DNA from: Clostridia bacterium
GTDB taxonomy: Bacteria > Bacillota > Clostridia > UMGS1840
DNA: 60,114 nucleotides
Direction of reading: 5' to 3'
Assembly: GCA_045661305.1 (NCBI GenBank)
Contig: JAZRFJ010000018.1
Span: 1 to 60,114 of the forward strand
Shown: piece by piece, positions 9,097 to 19,007 of the stretch
Layout of the letters: each line of letters starts with the position of its first letter
Position numbering within the stretch: the stretch's first letter is position 1
The notes under the pieces: generated by a model
The model's input: only the letters and a program-made list of their open reading frames with translations
What the model was told of the DNA's origin: nothing
Database searches by the model: none
Program-made: the position numbers and the translations under genes

Positions 9097-10446
9097 TTAG
9101 ATTAATGTTGCAATATAGAGTGCAAAGAGCACGAACGATACCCACATAATTGCACTGATATCTTTGATTTTTCCTGTTACAACCTTTAAAATAACCCAGG
9201 AAACGATACCGAACATGATACCTGTTGCGATTGAATATGCAAACGGCATCATAACAACTGCTAAAAATCCTCCGATTACATCAGCAATATCGCCTTCAAA
9301 GTCCATATTTTTGATAGCACTAAGCATAAGGATACCAACATAAATCATTGCAGGTGTTGTTGCAAAAGATGGAATTGCAAGAAATACCGGTGCAAAGATT
9401 ATAGCGACGATAAACATAATACCTGTGGTTAAAGCAGTTAAGCCTGTTTTACCGCCTGCAGCAACACCGGCTGAAGATTCAACATAGCTTGTAACAGTTG
9501 ATGTACCAAGACAAGCACCTACAACTGTACCAACAGCGTCAGCCATAAGAGCGCCACCTGCTTTAGGAAGAGTACCGTCTTCTTTCATTATTCCCGCTTT
9601 CTGTGTAACACCGATAAGTGTTCCTACAGTATCAAATATATCTGTATAAAGGAATGTGAAAGTAATAATTACAAATGAGAAGAAGTTTTTAGCAACAAAG
9701 CCAAAGTCAAATTTGAACATTGCAGGAGCAGCAAAGTTTGCTTTAATTGAATCCCATGAAAGACTTGGAATTACAGAGAAAACTCCGTTTTCAACATCAA
9801 CTTGATACCAACCGATTAATTCTGAAATAATACCTAAAATCCATGTTGCTATAATTCCGATAAGAATTCCGCCAGGAACTTTTTTGTACTGCAAAACTCC
9901 GATGATAAGAAGTCCAACGATTGACAATACAACAGGAGCAGAAGAAAGGTCTCCGAGAGCAACTGTTGTTGCAGGGCTAGCAACGATTACTTTTGAATTT
10001 AAAAGTGCGATAATTGTTATAAACAAACCGATACCGGCTGTAATGCCGAATTTTAAGTTTGTAGGTATTTTGTTTACAAGTGATTCTCTGAATTTGAACA
10101 AAGAAAGAACTATAAAAATAATACCTTCAACAAGTACAGCAGTGAGTGCTACTTCATATGAACAGCCCATCGCACCGCAAACTGTGTATGCGAAAAATGC
10201 ATTAAGTCCCATACCTGAAGCTAAAGCTACAGGATAGTTTGCAAAGAATGCCATGCAAATTGTAGCGATTGCAGCAGAAATTGCTGTTGCCATGAATATT
10301 GCCGGTCTTGATGCACCCGGAATTCCGCCGAGATAGTTTGGGTTTACTGCCAGAATGTAAGCCATTGCAAGAAAAGTTGTAATTCCGGCAAGAATTTCTG
10401 TTTTAACACTTGTTCCGTGTTCTTTGAGTTTAAAAAGTTTTTCCAT
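9097..10446 (-). CDS. NCS2/AzgA-type purine permease
   Basis: EILAGITTFLAMAYIL, GMGLNAFF, DIFDTVGTL and YVESSAGVAAGGKTG; start ATG 10446. Confidence 0.92.
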   Translation of the reverse strand: MEKLFKLKEHGTSVKTEILAGITTFLAMAYILAVNPNYLGGIPGASRPAIFMATAISAAIATICMAFFANYPVALASGMGLNAFFAYTVCGAMGCSYEVALTAVLVEGIIFIVLSLFKFRESLVNKIPTNLKFGITAGIGLFITIIALLNSKVIVASPATTVALGDLSSAPVVLSIVGLLIIGVLQYKKVPGGILIGIIATWILGIISELIGWYQVDVENGVFSVIPSLSWDSIKANFAAPAMFKFDFGFVAKNFFSFVIITFTFLYTDIFDTVGTLIGVTQKAGIMKEDGTLPKAGGALMADAVGTVVGACLGTSTVTSYVESSAGVAAGGKTGLTALTTGIMFIVAIIFAPVFLAIPSFATTPAMIYVGILMLSAIKNMDFEGDIADVIGGFLAVVMMPFAYSIATGIMFGIVSWVILKVVTGKIKDISAIMWVSFVLFALYIATLI

Positions 10447-10500
10447 TTCTTTTTTCTCCTTTTTTGTGTTTTTTGATTCAAAAAACAAATAATTGTCTAT

Positions 10501-10529
10501 ATTATACTATATTTATGCTTTTTTTGCAA
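10501..10529 (-). promoter_or_regulatory. SigA promoter of the permease operon
   Basis: TTGCAA-N17-TATAAT. Confidence 0.6.
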
Positions 10530-10631
10530 TATTTTTTATGAAAATTTTTACAAATTTCTTTACAATATTTTTGCACAATATTTTTACATAATTCACAAAA
10601 TATTAAATATTTGTTACATTTTTAAAAAATA

Positions 10632-10660
10632 TTGCTTTTTTTCTGTAAATAGTGTATAAT
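10632..10660 (+). promoter_or_regulatory. SigA promoter of the prsA-like genes
   Basis: TTGCTT-N17-TATAAT. Confidence 0.6.
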
Positions 10661-10708
10661 TAATGTATTAAAACACGGAACAATAATTTTGAAAGGAAAA
10701 TAAGGGTT

Positions 10709-11716
10709 ATGAAAAGAGGAATTTGTTTTTTTATTTCCTTGGTTATGGCGCTTAGTTTGTTTTGCAGCTGCAGTAATTCATCAAAAGATGTTGTTGTAAC
10801 TGTCGGAGAAGAAAATGTTACAGAGGGCGAGCTTTCTTATGTTATTGCAAACATGGTGGAGGGCACAAAAAAACAGTTTTCGGCAACGTCTTTGACAGAA
10901 GAACAGAAAAAAGAACAATGGCAGACTGATATTGATGGTAAAAAGCCTTCAGAGCTTATTAAGGAATACGCTTTATCGGAAGTAATAAATTATGCAATTT
11001 TCGCACAGGCAGCTAAAGATGAAAATTTGTCTGTTACATCAAGCGAAGTAAACACTCAGCTTTCTAAGGCTTTTACAGAGTCTGATTTTGAACTTTTTAA
11101 AAAAACATACGGCGTTTCAAAAAATGCTATTAAAGAAATTTTGAGAAAGCAAATGCTGAAAGAAAAATATATAAACAGAGTTTTGAGTAAGCAGGAATCA
11201 TATACTCCCACAAATGTACAGCTTATGGAAATATTTGAAAAAGACTATCTTAAAGCACAGCATATTCTTATAGGAATAACTGACGAACAAACGGGCGAAT
11301 TGCTTTCTGAAGAAGAAATTGCCAAAAAAGAGAGTGAAGCACAAAAGCTTTTAAGACAGGCAAAGGGCGGTGCGGATTTTTCTCAGCTTGCACAGAATTA
11401 CTCGGATGACCCAGGGAAAAACACATATCCACAGGGTTATGTGTTTACAGAGGGCGAAATGGTAACTGAATTTTATGAGGGTGCAAAGGCGCTTAAAGAA
11501 AATGAAATTTCGGATATTGTAAGAACATCATATGGATTTCACATAATAAAAAGGCTTCCGCTTTTAGAAAGTGATATAGACGAAAAGCTTTCGACAATTA
11601 CGACAGCTTACCAAAATGATTTTATAACAAATAAATCAGAAGAGCTTAAATCAAAATACGAAGTAAGCCAGAATGATGCACTTATCAGTAAAATACCTGT
11701 AAACACAGGATTTTAA
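10709..11716 (+). CDS. PrsA-like parvulin peptidyl-prolyl isomerase lipoprotein
   Basis: Lipobox, AQHILI, FSQLAQNYSDD and SYGFHII. Confidence 0.85.
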   Translation: MKRGICFFISLVMALSLFCSCSNSSKDVVVTVGEENVTEGELSYVIANMVEGTKKQFSATSLTEEQKKEQWQTDIDGKKPSELIKEYALSEVINYAIFAQAAKDENLSVTSSEVNTQLSKAFTESDFELFKKTYGVSKNAIKEILRKQMLKEKYINRVLSKQESYTPTNVQLMEIFEKDYLKAQHILIGITDEQTGELLSEEEIAKKESEAQKLLRQAKGGADFSQLAQNYSDDPGKNTYPQGYVFTEGEMVTEFYEGAKALKENEISDIVRTSYGFHIIKRLPLLESDIDEKLSTITTAYQNDFITNKSEELKSKYEVSQNDALISKIPVNTGF

Positions 11717-11745
11717 TAAAGCAGAGGAAAGAGGTAAAAGAAAAT

Positions 11746-12888
11746 ATGAAAAGAATTACAGCAATAGTGCTTTTAATTTTTATGATTGCGGGACTATGCT
11801 CATGTGGAAACAAAAAACCGTCATCATTATCTGATACAAACGGAAACGAAATTGAGCTTGGTCTTGATTATGAAAACAAAAAGCTTGATGATGGTATAAT
11901 TGCAGTTGTAGGCGAAGAAGAAATCACAAAGGAAGAAACAAGATTTCTTATGTCACAGTATGTTGCAAGTATATACGCAAACCAGGGACTTGAACAGGCA
12001 GAAAAAGCGCAGAAAGATGCAGCTTTGGACTCACAGGCAGCCCAGGACGGCTCAACTTACAGAGAGCTTATATACAAGCAGGCTGCTGATACTCTTATAA
12101 TGCTTACACTTTTCTCCCAAAAAGGTAAGGAAAAAGGAATTGATTATACAGATGAAAAGCTTAAAGAAGCAATCGAAGCAAGCGGAATTGCAGAACAAAA
12201 AAAGCTTTTTGTAGAGCAGTTTAAGCTTACTCCTGAGAGTATAGATGAATATTTGAAAAAGCAGTACATTTATTCAGACTATATGGAACAGTATGTTTCA
12301 AAAGAGGGAAGAATGAATCCTGATGACGAAACATTAAAAACATTTTTTAACGAAAATTTCTTAAAAGCAAAACATATATTGAAGCTTACAACAGACCAGG
12401 CGACAGGTCAGCCGGTAGATGACAAAAAGAAAGCTGAAGCTAAAGCAAAAATTGATGCACTTTTAAAAGATGCAAGAGGTGGTGCTGATTTTGATAAGCT
12501 TGTATCCGATGAATCAGAAGACCCGGGTTCGCAGTCACAGCCTGAGGGTTATGTGTTTGCAGAGGGAGAAATGGTAACTGAATTTTATGAGGGTACAAAA
12601 GCACTTAAAATTGACGGAATTTCAGATGTAATAGAAACATCTTACGGATACCATGTTATAAAAAGGCTTGCACCTACTGATGAAGATTTTACTGCAAACA
12701 AGGAAAAGGCACTTTCATATTATCAGAATAAAGAATTTGAAAAGATTATAGAGGAAGCTAAAAAAGGAACAAAAATATATTTAGACTACGACCAGTTGCT
12801 TTCGATTGAAGATGTACTTTATCAAAAAACAAATCTTTCAGGAGAAGCTGCACAGCCGCAGGAAGAAGCAGTAGTACCTGAAGAATAA
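11746..12888 (+). CDS. PrsA-like parvulin peptidyl-prolyl isomerase lipoprotein (paralog)
   Basis: Lipobox LCSC, AKHILK and SYGYHVI. Confidence 0.85.
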   Translation: MKRITAIVLLIFMIAGLCSCGNKKPSSLSDTNGNEIELGLDYENKKLDDGIIAVVGEEEITKEETRFLMSQYVASIYANQGLEQAEKAQKDAALDSQAAQDGSTYRELIYKQAADTLIMLTLFSQKGKEKGIDYTDEKLKEAIEASGIAEQKKLFVEQFKLTPESIDEYLKKQYIYSDYMEQYVSKEGRMNPDDETLKTFFNENFLKAKHILKLTTDQATGQPVDDKKKAEAKAKIDALLKDARGGADFDKLVSDESEDPGSQSQPEGYVFAEGEMVTEFYEGTKALKIDGISDVIETSYGYHVIKRLAPTDEDFTANKEKALSYYQNKEFEKIIEEAKKGTKIYLDYDQLLSIEDVLYQKTNLSGEAAQPQEEAVVPEE

Positions 12889-12923
12889 GAAAGTGGTTTT
12901 AATACAAGAATACGAGGGAAAAA

Positions 12924-14165
12924 ATGAAAGGATTTTTTAAAAATAATTCCGAAAGAATATGGGCTAATGTAATCGTCGGTATAGTTTTGATAGCCTTTTA
13001 TTTCCTGATTTCAAAAATAGGAGAATTTGTTGGAGCACTGGGCTTTATAAGCTCCGTGCTTTCTCCGTTTGTAATAGGATTTGTTATTGCGTATATGCTT
13101 TGGCCTTTTGTTGAAAAAACCCAAAGTTTTTGTCGGTTTTTGAAAGAAAAAACTCTAATAAAGATATTACGTGAAAAGAACGGGAAAAAGGTAAATAATG
13201 AAGACACTGATAATACAGATGCAAATATAATAAATGGCAGAAACAAGCTTTTAAGAGCATTTTCTATTTTTGTTGTGTATGTTCTTGTTATTATTTTGCT
13301 TACCATTCTTATTTATCAGCTTATTCCTCAGATTATGGATAGTGCAGTGACGCTTGTTAATAATATTCCTGACTATATTGTAAGAATGGATATATTTTTT
13401 ACCGAATTTATTGACAGATTTAATCTTGATAAGTTATCTATTGACCACAACAGGCTATATTCGGAGCTTATGAGTTATGCCACTTCTTTTGCACAGAGCT
13501 TTCTTAACTGGGTAATAAATGTCCCAAAAATCCTTTCAAGTGGAATAACAAATACAATTATAGGCATTATTCTTTCAATATATTTCGTTTATGATAAAGA
13601 AAGATTTTCTAAGGCATCAGTAAAAACAACCCGTGTGATTTTTGGAAAAAACTCGGAAAATGTACTCGATATTTCAAGGCTTACAGGAAATTGCTTTTCT
13701 GAATTTTTCATGGGTAAGCTTATTGACTCGACAATTATAGGATTTTTAGCATTTCCTTTTATGCTCATGATTTATAAACCATATGCTTTGCTTATAAGTG
13801 CAATTATCGGAATAACAAATATTATACCATATTTCGGACCTATTTTTGGCGCAATCCCGGGAGCGTTTATTATTCTTATAAACGCACCGCGTATGCTTAT
13901 ATGGTATTTGATTTTTGTACTCGTGCTGCAACAGTTTGACGGCAATATTTTAGGACCGAAAATTTTAGGGAACAGAACAGGATTATCCCCTGTGGGAGTA
14001 ATTTTCGGTATCGTTGTCGGAAGTAAACTTTTTGGGTTTATAGGTATGATAATCGGTGTTCCGCTTACTGCTGTCATATACACAGTTATCAAGGATTTTG
14101 TAAATAGCAGATATCGTGGAAACCTTGAAGAAAACGGTGATGATAATGCTAAAGAAACTCCTTGA
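12924..14165 (+). CDS. AI-2E (PerM/UPF0118) family transporter
   Basis: NIIPYFGP, LQQFDGNILGPKILG and GMIIGVP. Confidence 0.9.
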   Translation: MKGFFKNNSERIWANVIVGIVLIAFYFLISKIGEFVGALGFISSVLSPFVIGFVIAYMLWPFVEKTQSFCRFLKEKTLIKILREKNGKKVNNEDTDNTDANIINGRNKLLRAFSIFVVYVLVIILLTILIYQLIPQIMDSAVTLVNNIPDYIVRMDIFFTEFIDRFNLDKLSIDHNRLYSELMSYATSFAQSFLNWVINVPKILSSGITNTIIGIILSIYFVYDKERFSKASVKTTRVIFGKNSENVLDISRLTGNCFSEFFMGKLIDSTIIGFLAFPFMLMIYKPYALLISAIIGITNIIPYFGPIFGAIPGAFIILINAPRMLIWYLIFVLVLQQFDGNILGPKILGNRTGLSPVGVIFGIVVGSKLFGFIGMIIGVPLTAVIYTVIKDFVNSRYRGNLEENGDDNAKETP

Positions 14166-14922
14166 TGCGTTCCCCTCTTATGTTAAGTGGGGTGTAACAA
14201 AAAACACCAACAAAAAATATCTCAATATGGGCTATAAATCACTTATTGTAGCAGTATTTGGTTATTTTTATGAGGGGAATACCGAACCGTTTTCAAAATA
14301 TTGCAGTATACCTGATTACCATGTGGTAGTAAAAGAGGAATTTGAAAAAATAATAGGCAAAGTCTTTTCAGACTATAAAATTATGGTCGATATTTCTCCG
14401 TATAATGAGAAAATGCTTGCCGAAACACTTGGACTTGGGGAAATCGGAGAAAATAATCTTCTTCTTACAGAAGACTTTGGCTCATATGTTTTTATAGCTG
14501 AAGCACTTGTTAAAGAAGAAATTGAAGAATACAGGCACGAAAAAAAGAAATTATGTACTCATTGTAAAAAATGTGTAAAAAGCTGTCCTTCAAATGCACT
14601 TAAAGACGGATTTAAAAAAGAAAACTGTCTTTCTTTTTTAAGTCAGAAAAAAGAGCTTTTGAAAGAAGAAGAACAACTTTTTAAAAAAGCATCTTATATT
14701 TTTGGATGCGATATTTGTCAGACATCTTGTCCCGTAAACAAAAATGCGAAGAAAACCCAGATCGAAAAATTTAAAAAACCTATCCTTTCTCTTTCGGAGA
14801 AAGAAATTCTTTCTTTAACCGAAGAAGAATTTGAAAAAAAATACGGTGAATTTGCTTTTTGTTATAAGGGCGTGGAAATACTTAAAAGAAATGTGAGAAT
14901 AAGAAATGAACAAAAAATTTGA
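14146..14922 (+). CDS. queG: Epoxyqueuosine reductase-like 4Fe-4S protein
   Basis: DYH, GLGEIGENNLL..FGSYVF, CxxCxxCxxxCP and FGCDICQTSCP; start uncertain. Confidence 0.7.
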   Translation: MLKKLLDAFPSYVKWGVTKNTNKKYLNMGYKSLIVAVFGYFYEGNTEPFSKYCSIPDYHVVVKEEFEKIIGKVFSDYKIMVDISPYNEKMLAETLGLGEIGENNLLLTEDFGSYVFIAEALVKEEIEEYRHEKKKLCTHCKKCVKSCPSNALKDGFKKENCLSFLSQKKELLKEEEQLFKKASYIFGCDICQTSCPVNKNAKKTQIEKFKKPILSLSEKEILSLTEEEFEKKYGEFAFCYKGVEILKRNVRIRNEQKI

Positions 14923-17239
14923 CATAATAAAAAAGAGAATACTAAACGAAGAATTTTCTAATCTCAACCAACCGCAAAGAGAGGCTTGCTTTGCAACGGA
15001 GGGAGCAGTTTTAATTCTTGCAGGAGCAGGAAGCGGAAAAACGACTACTTTAATATCAAGAATAGGCTATATGATAAAATACGGAAACTCTTATAATACC
15101 GATTTTATTCCAGAGGGGCTTACGGAAGAAAAGCTTTCTGCTATGGAAAATAAGAGTTATGGGGAATTAACAAAAGAAGAAGAATTTTTCTTGAAATACA
15201 AGCCGATTTCTCCATATAATATACTTGCAATCACTTTTACCAATAAGGCTGCAGGCGAGCTTAAAGCAAGGCTTTCTTCAAAGCTCGGTACATATGCTGA
15301 GGGCGTACATGCTTCAACCTTTCACTCATTTTGTGTGCGTATATTAAGAAAGGAAATAGAGGTTCTTGGTTATAACAGATATTTTACAATTTTTGATACA
15401 ACGGATGTAAAAAACTGTATAAAGGAATGTATTTCGGAGCTTAATATAAACGAAGAAACACTTGATGCAAGAGCTTGTGCGTCAATAATTTCTTCAATAA
15501 AAAACAGAGGGCTTTCACCTGATGATTTTAAAAAGGAAACGAATGGGGAAATAAGAGCAATAAAGGTTTCAAAGGTATATGAGCTTTATATGAATAAAAT
15601 GAAAAAATATAACGCTCTTGACTTTGATGATTTGTTATTATTTACTGTTGAAATTTTAGAAAAAAATCCTGCTGTTTTAGATAAATATCAGGAAAAATAT
15701 AAATATATAATGGTTGATGAGTATCAGGATACCAACCCTATTCAGTATAAGCTCGTTCATCTTTTAGCAGATAAGTACAAAAATCTTTGTGTTGTTGGTG
15801 ACGATGACCAGTCAATATATCGTTTCAGGGGTGCGGATATTTCTAATATCCTTAACTTTGAAAAAGATTTCAAAAACACTCATGTTATAAAGCTTGAAGA
15901 AAATTACCGTTCCACACAGAACATTTTAGGTGCTGCAAACGGTGTAATATCTAATAATAAAGAGAGAAAAGACAAAAAACTCTGGACAAGCATTACAGGC
16001 GGAGAAAAAGTTTTCCATATCACTCCTAATAGTGGTTATGAGGAAGCTTTAAGAATAAAAATGCTTATAGAGGATATGGTTGTAAGACGGGGATATATGT
16101 ATAAGGATATTGCTGTTTTATACAGAATGAACTCATTATCCCGTACATTTGAGCAATATTTCTTAAAGGAATGTATTCCGCACAGAGTTGTGGGCGGACT
16201 AAGGTTTTTTGACCGTGCTGAAATTAAAGATATAGTTGCTTATTTAAGACTTGTTTTTAATATTTATGATGATGAAGCTTTTTTAAGAATAATAAACACA
16301 CCTGCAAGAGGTATAGGAAAAACAACAGTAGACAGACTTAAGGATATTGCACTGTCGGAAAACAAATCTTTATTTGAGGTTTGTGAAAAGGCAGAAAATT
16401 ATGATAACATTTCTTCTGCAAAATTAAAGCTTTTAAATTTTTCTTCAATGATAAATTCTTTTAAGGAATTTACTTCGGATTTATATACGCTTGTTGAAAA
16501 TGTTATTACAAAAAGCGGTTACATGGAATACCTTATGACAGACAGAAAGGAAGAAGCAAGAGCAAGACTTGAAAACATAAAAGAACTTCTTTCAATGGCT
16601 AAGGAAAGCGAAGGGCAAACCTTACCTGAATTTTTAGAAAATGTTGCACTTCTTTCGGATATTGACAATTTTGACGACGATGAAGATGCTGTAACTCTTA
16701 TGACACTCCACAGTGCAAAAGGTCTTGAGTTTCCTGTTGTGTTTATTGTTGGTTTTGAAGAGGGGATTTTCCCTTCAAATCAGTCAAAATCAGAAGACGG
16801 TGGCATAGAGGAAGAACGAAGACTTTTATATGTGGGAATAACAAGAGCGAAAAGTATTCTTTATTTGTCTTCTGCTAAAGAAAGAATGATTTTTGGTAAT
16901 ATGATGTATTGCCGTCCGTCAAGCTTCTTAGGTGAAATACCTGAAGAATTTTTGGAAAAAGAAATGCAAGTGCAATACGAAAGACCATCTGCACCCGCAA
17001 AAAAAGAGCCAAGCTATATTATTGCACCGTCTCAAAATAAAGACAGAGCGGTTCCCGATATTAAAATTAATGCTATTCCTGATTATAAAAAGGGACAGCG
17101 TGTAAGACATAAAAAATTTGGTGACGGAACAGTTCTCGATGTTCAGCCTCTTGGCAATGACATAAAGCTTGAAATTATGTTTGATACTGTTGGAAAAAAA
17201 GTTCTGATGGCAGCTTTTGCAAGACCGCAGATACTATAG
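14906..17239 (+). CDS. pcrA: ATP-dependent DNA helicase PcrA/UvrD
   Basis: AGAGSGKT, VDEYQDTN, GDDDQSIY, TLHSAKGLEF and a C-terminal Tudor-like domain. Confidence 0.96.
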   Translation: MNKKFDIIKKRILNEEFSNLNQPQREACFATEGAVLILAGAGSGKTTTLISRIGYMIKYGNSYNTDFIPEGLTEEKLSAMENKSYGELTKEEEFFLKYKPISPYNILAITFTNKAAGELKARLSSKLGTYAEGVHASTFHSFCVRILRKEIEVLGYNRYFTIFDTTDVKNCIKECISELNINEETLDARACASIISSIKNRGLSPDDFKKETNGEIRAIKVSKVYELYMNKMKKYNALDFDDLLLFTVEILEKNPAVLDKYQEKYKYIMVDEYQDTNPIQYKLVHLLADKYKNLCVVGDDDQSIYRFRGADISNILNFEKDFKNTHVIKLEENYRSTQNILGAANGVISNNKERKDKKLWTSITGGEKVFHITPNSGYEEALRIKMLIEDMVVRRGYMYKDIAVLYRMNSLSRTFEQYFLKECIPHRVVGGLRFFDRAEIKDIVAYLRLVFNIYDDEAFLRIINTPARGIGKTTVDRLKDIALSENKSLFEVCEKAENYDNISSAKLKLLNFSSMINSFKEFTSDLYTLVENVITKSGYMEYLMTDRKEEARARLENIKELLSMAKESEGQTLPEFLENVALLSDIDNFDDDEDAVTLMTLHSAKGLEFPVVFIVGFEEGIFPSNQSKSEDGGIEEERRLLYVGITRAKSILYLSSAKERMIFGNMMYCRPSSFLGEIPEEFLEKEMQVQYERPSAPAKKEPSYIIAPSQNKDRAVPDIKINAIPDYKKGQRVRHKKFGDGTVLDVQPLGNDIKLEIMFDTVGKKVLMAAFARPQIL

Positions 17240-17272
17240 GGAACCTATAATAAAAAAAGAAAGGTTTTTTAG

Positions 17273-19000
17273 ATGGCACTTGATTGTAATACATTAAGAT
17301 TTTTAGCCTATGAGCTTAATAAAACATTAAACGGCGGAAGAATTGACAAGATTTATCAGATGTCAAAAACTCAAATTTTGCTCACGGTACGCTCGCTTGG
17401 AGAAAATTACCGTCTTTACGCATCGTGCGATGCACAAAAAGGCAGAGTTTGTCTTACAAATCAGAGGTTTGAAAATCCTGATGTTCCGCCTGTGTTTTGT
17501 ATGCTTTTGCGTAAGCATCTTTCGGGCGGAAAAATAACTGATATATCTACAGTTAAGAATGAAAGAATTTTAAAAATAGAAGTAGAAAGCACGAATGAGC
17601 TTTTTGAAATTACAAAAAGAACACTTATTGTTGAAATTATGGGAAAGCACTCAAATATCATTCTTACCGATGAGGACGGGCGAATAATAGACTGTGCATC
17701 AAGAGTTGATTTTACTGTTTCGGAAAAAAGGCAGGTGCTTCCAGGACTTTATTACGAGCTTCCGCCAAAATCCGAAAAGGCTGACCCGTTTGAAACTGAT
17801 AATGTAAAAATGCTTGACATTCTTTCACAAAAAGATGCAAATGATGACCTTAGTAATATTATTTTATCAGGCTTTGACGGAATGTCACCGCTTTTATCAA
17901 GAGAAATTGCATATAAAGCTCAAAATGATGCTATAAAAGGTGTTGTCGTTTTAAAGGAATACCTTTCTAAAATTGAAAATTATGAAAAAAGCCCACTTGT
18001 CCTTATTGATAAAAAAACTAATGAGCCTAAGGATTTATATATATTTGATATAGCGCAGTATGGTGATTTTTATGAGAAAAAATATTTTGATACAGTAAAC
18101 GAATGTGTGGATTTTTTCTACTCTGGAAAGGAAGAAAAAAGAAAGCTTGATGAAAAGAAACAATCACTATATACTGTTATTTCAAAGAGCATTTCAAAAA
18201 CATCAAAAAAGCTTGATATTCATACAAAAAATGTAGATAAAGCAAAAAAGAAAGACAGATACAGAATTTATGCTGAGCTTATAACAGCAAATCTGTATAA
18301 ACTTACGAAAAATTCAAATGAAGCGGTTTTAGAGAATTATTATGACAATAATAATCCTATAACAGTTCCGATGGACGAAACGATGTCCCCTGCAAGAAAT
18401 GCAAAGAAATATTTTGAAAAATATAATAAAGAAAAAAATATGGAAAAGATTTCTTCAGAAATGATAAAAGAACTTCAAGAAGAGCTTGAATATTTATTTC
18501 AACTTCGTGATACAGTTGAAATATGTAACGATAAAAAATCACTTGACGAGATAAAAGAAGAACTTGTTTTTGGTGAATATATAAAAGAGAAGACAAAGAA
18601 CAATGTTAAAAAGAAACAGCCTGTTTCAAAACCGCTTGAATTTATGTCTACGGACGGATTTTTGATTTTATGCGGAAGAAACAACAGACAAAATGAGGAG
18701 CTTACTTTAAAAATTGCATCAAAAAATGATTTGTGGCTTCATATAAGAAATGTCGCAGGGAGTCATGTTGTTATACGCAGTCAGGGTAGTGAAATTCCTG
18801 ACAAAACATTAGAGGAGGCTGCAATAATTGCAGCGGTATATTCAAAAAAATCAAAGGATACAAAAGCTGATGTTGATTATACACAGGTAAAATATGTGAA
18901 AAAACCGGCTAACGCAAAGCCTGGTATGGTTATATATGATAATTTTAAAGGGATAACAGTTGAGCCTGATATAAAAATAGCGGAAAGCTTAAAGAGGTGA
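17273..19000 (+). CDS. rqcH: RqcH/Rqc2 (FbpA/PavA, NFACT) ribosome quality-control protein
   Basis: GRIDKIYQ, EIMGKHSN, GRNNRQNEEL and GSHVVI. Confidence 0.92.
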   Translation: MALDCNTLRFLAYELNKTLNGGRIDKIYQMSKTQILLTVRSLGENYRLYASCDAQKGRVCLTNQRFENPDVPPVFCMLLRKHLSGGKITDISTVKNERILKIEVESTNELFEITKRTLIVEIMGKHSNIILTDEDGRIIDCASRVDFTVSEKRQVLPGLYYELPPKSEKADPFETDNVKMLDILSQKDANDDLSNIILSGFDGMSPLLSREIAYKAQNDAIKGVVVLKEYLSKIENYEKSPLVLIDKKTNEPKDLYIFDIAQYGDFYEKKYFDTVNECVDFFYSGKEEKRKLDEKKQSLYTVISKSISKTSKKLDIHTKNVDKAKKKDRYRIYAELITANLYKLTKNSNEAVLENYYDNNNPITVPMDETMSPARNAKKYFEKYNKEKNMEKISSEMIKELQEELEYLFQLRDTVEICNDKKSLDEIKEELVFGEYIKEKTKNNVKKKQPVSKPLEFMSTDGFLILCGRNNRQNEELTLKIASKNDLWLHIRNVAGSHVVIRSQGSEIPDKTLEEAAIIAAVYSKKSKDTKADVDYTQVKYVKKPANAKPGMVIYDNFKGITVEPDIKIAESLKR

Positions 19001-19007
19001 AAAGAGA

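Noticed and set aside
10447-10500. Purine riboswitch before the NCS2 permease
   Set aside because: The leader is about 50 nt and lacks the conserved aptamer core
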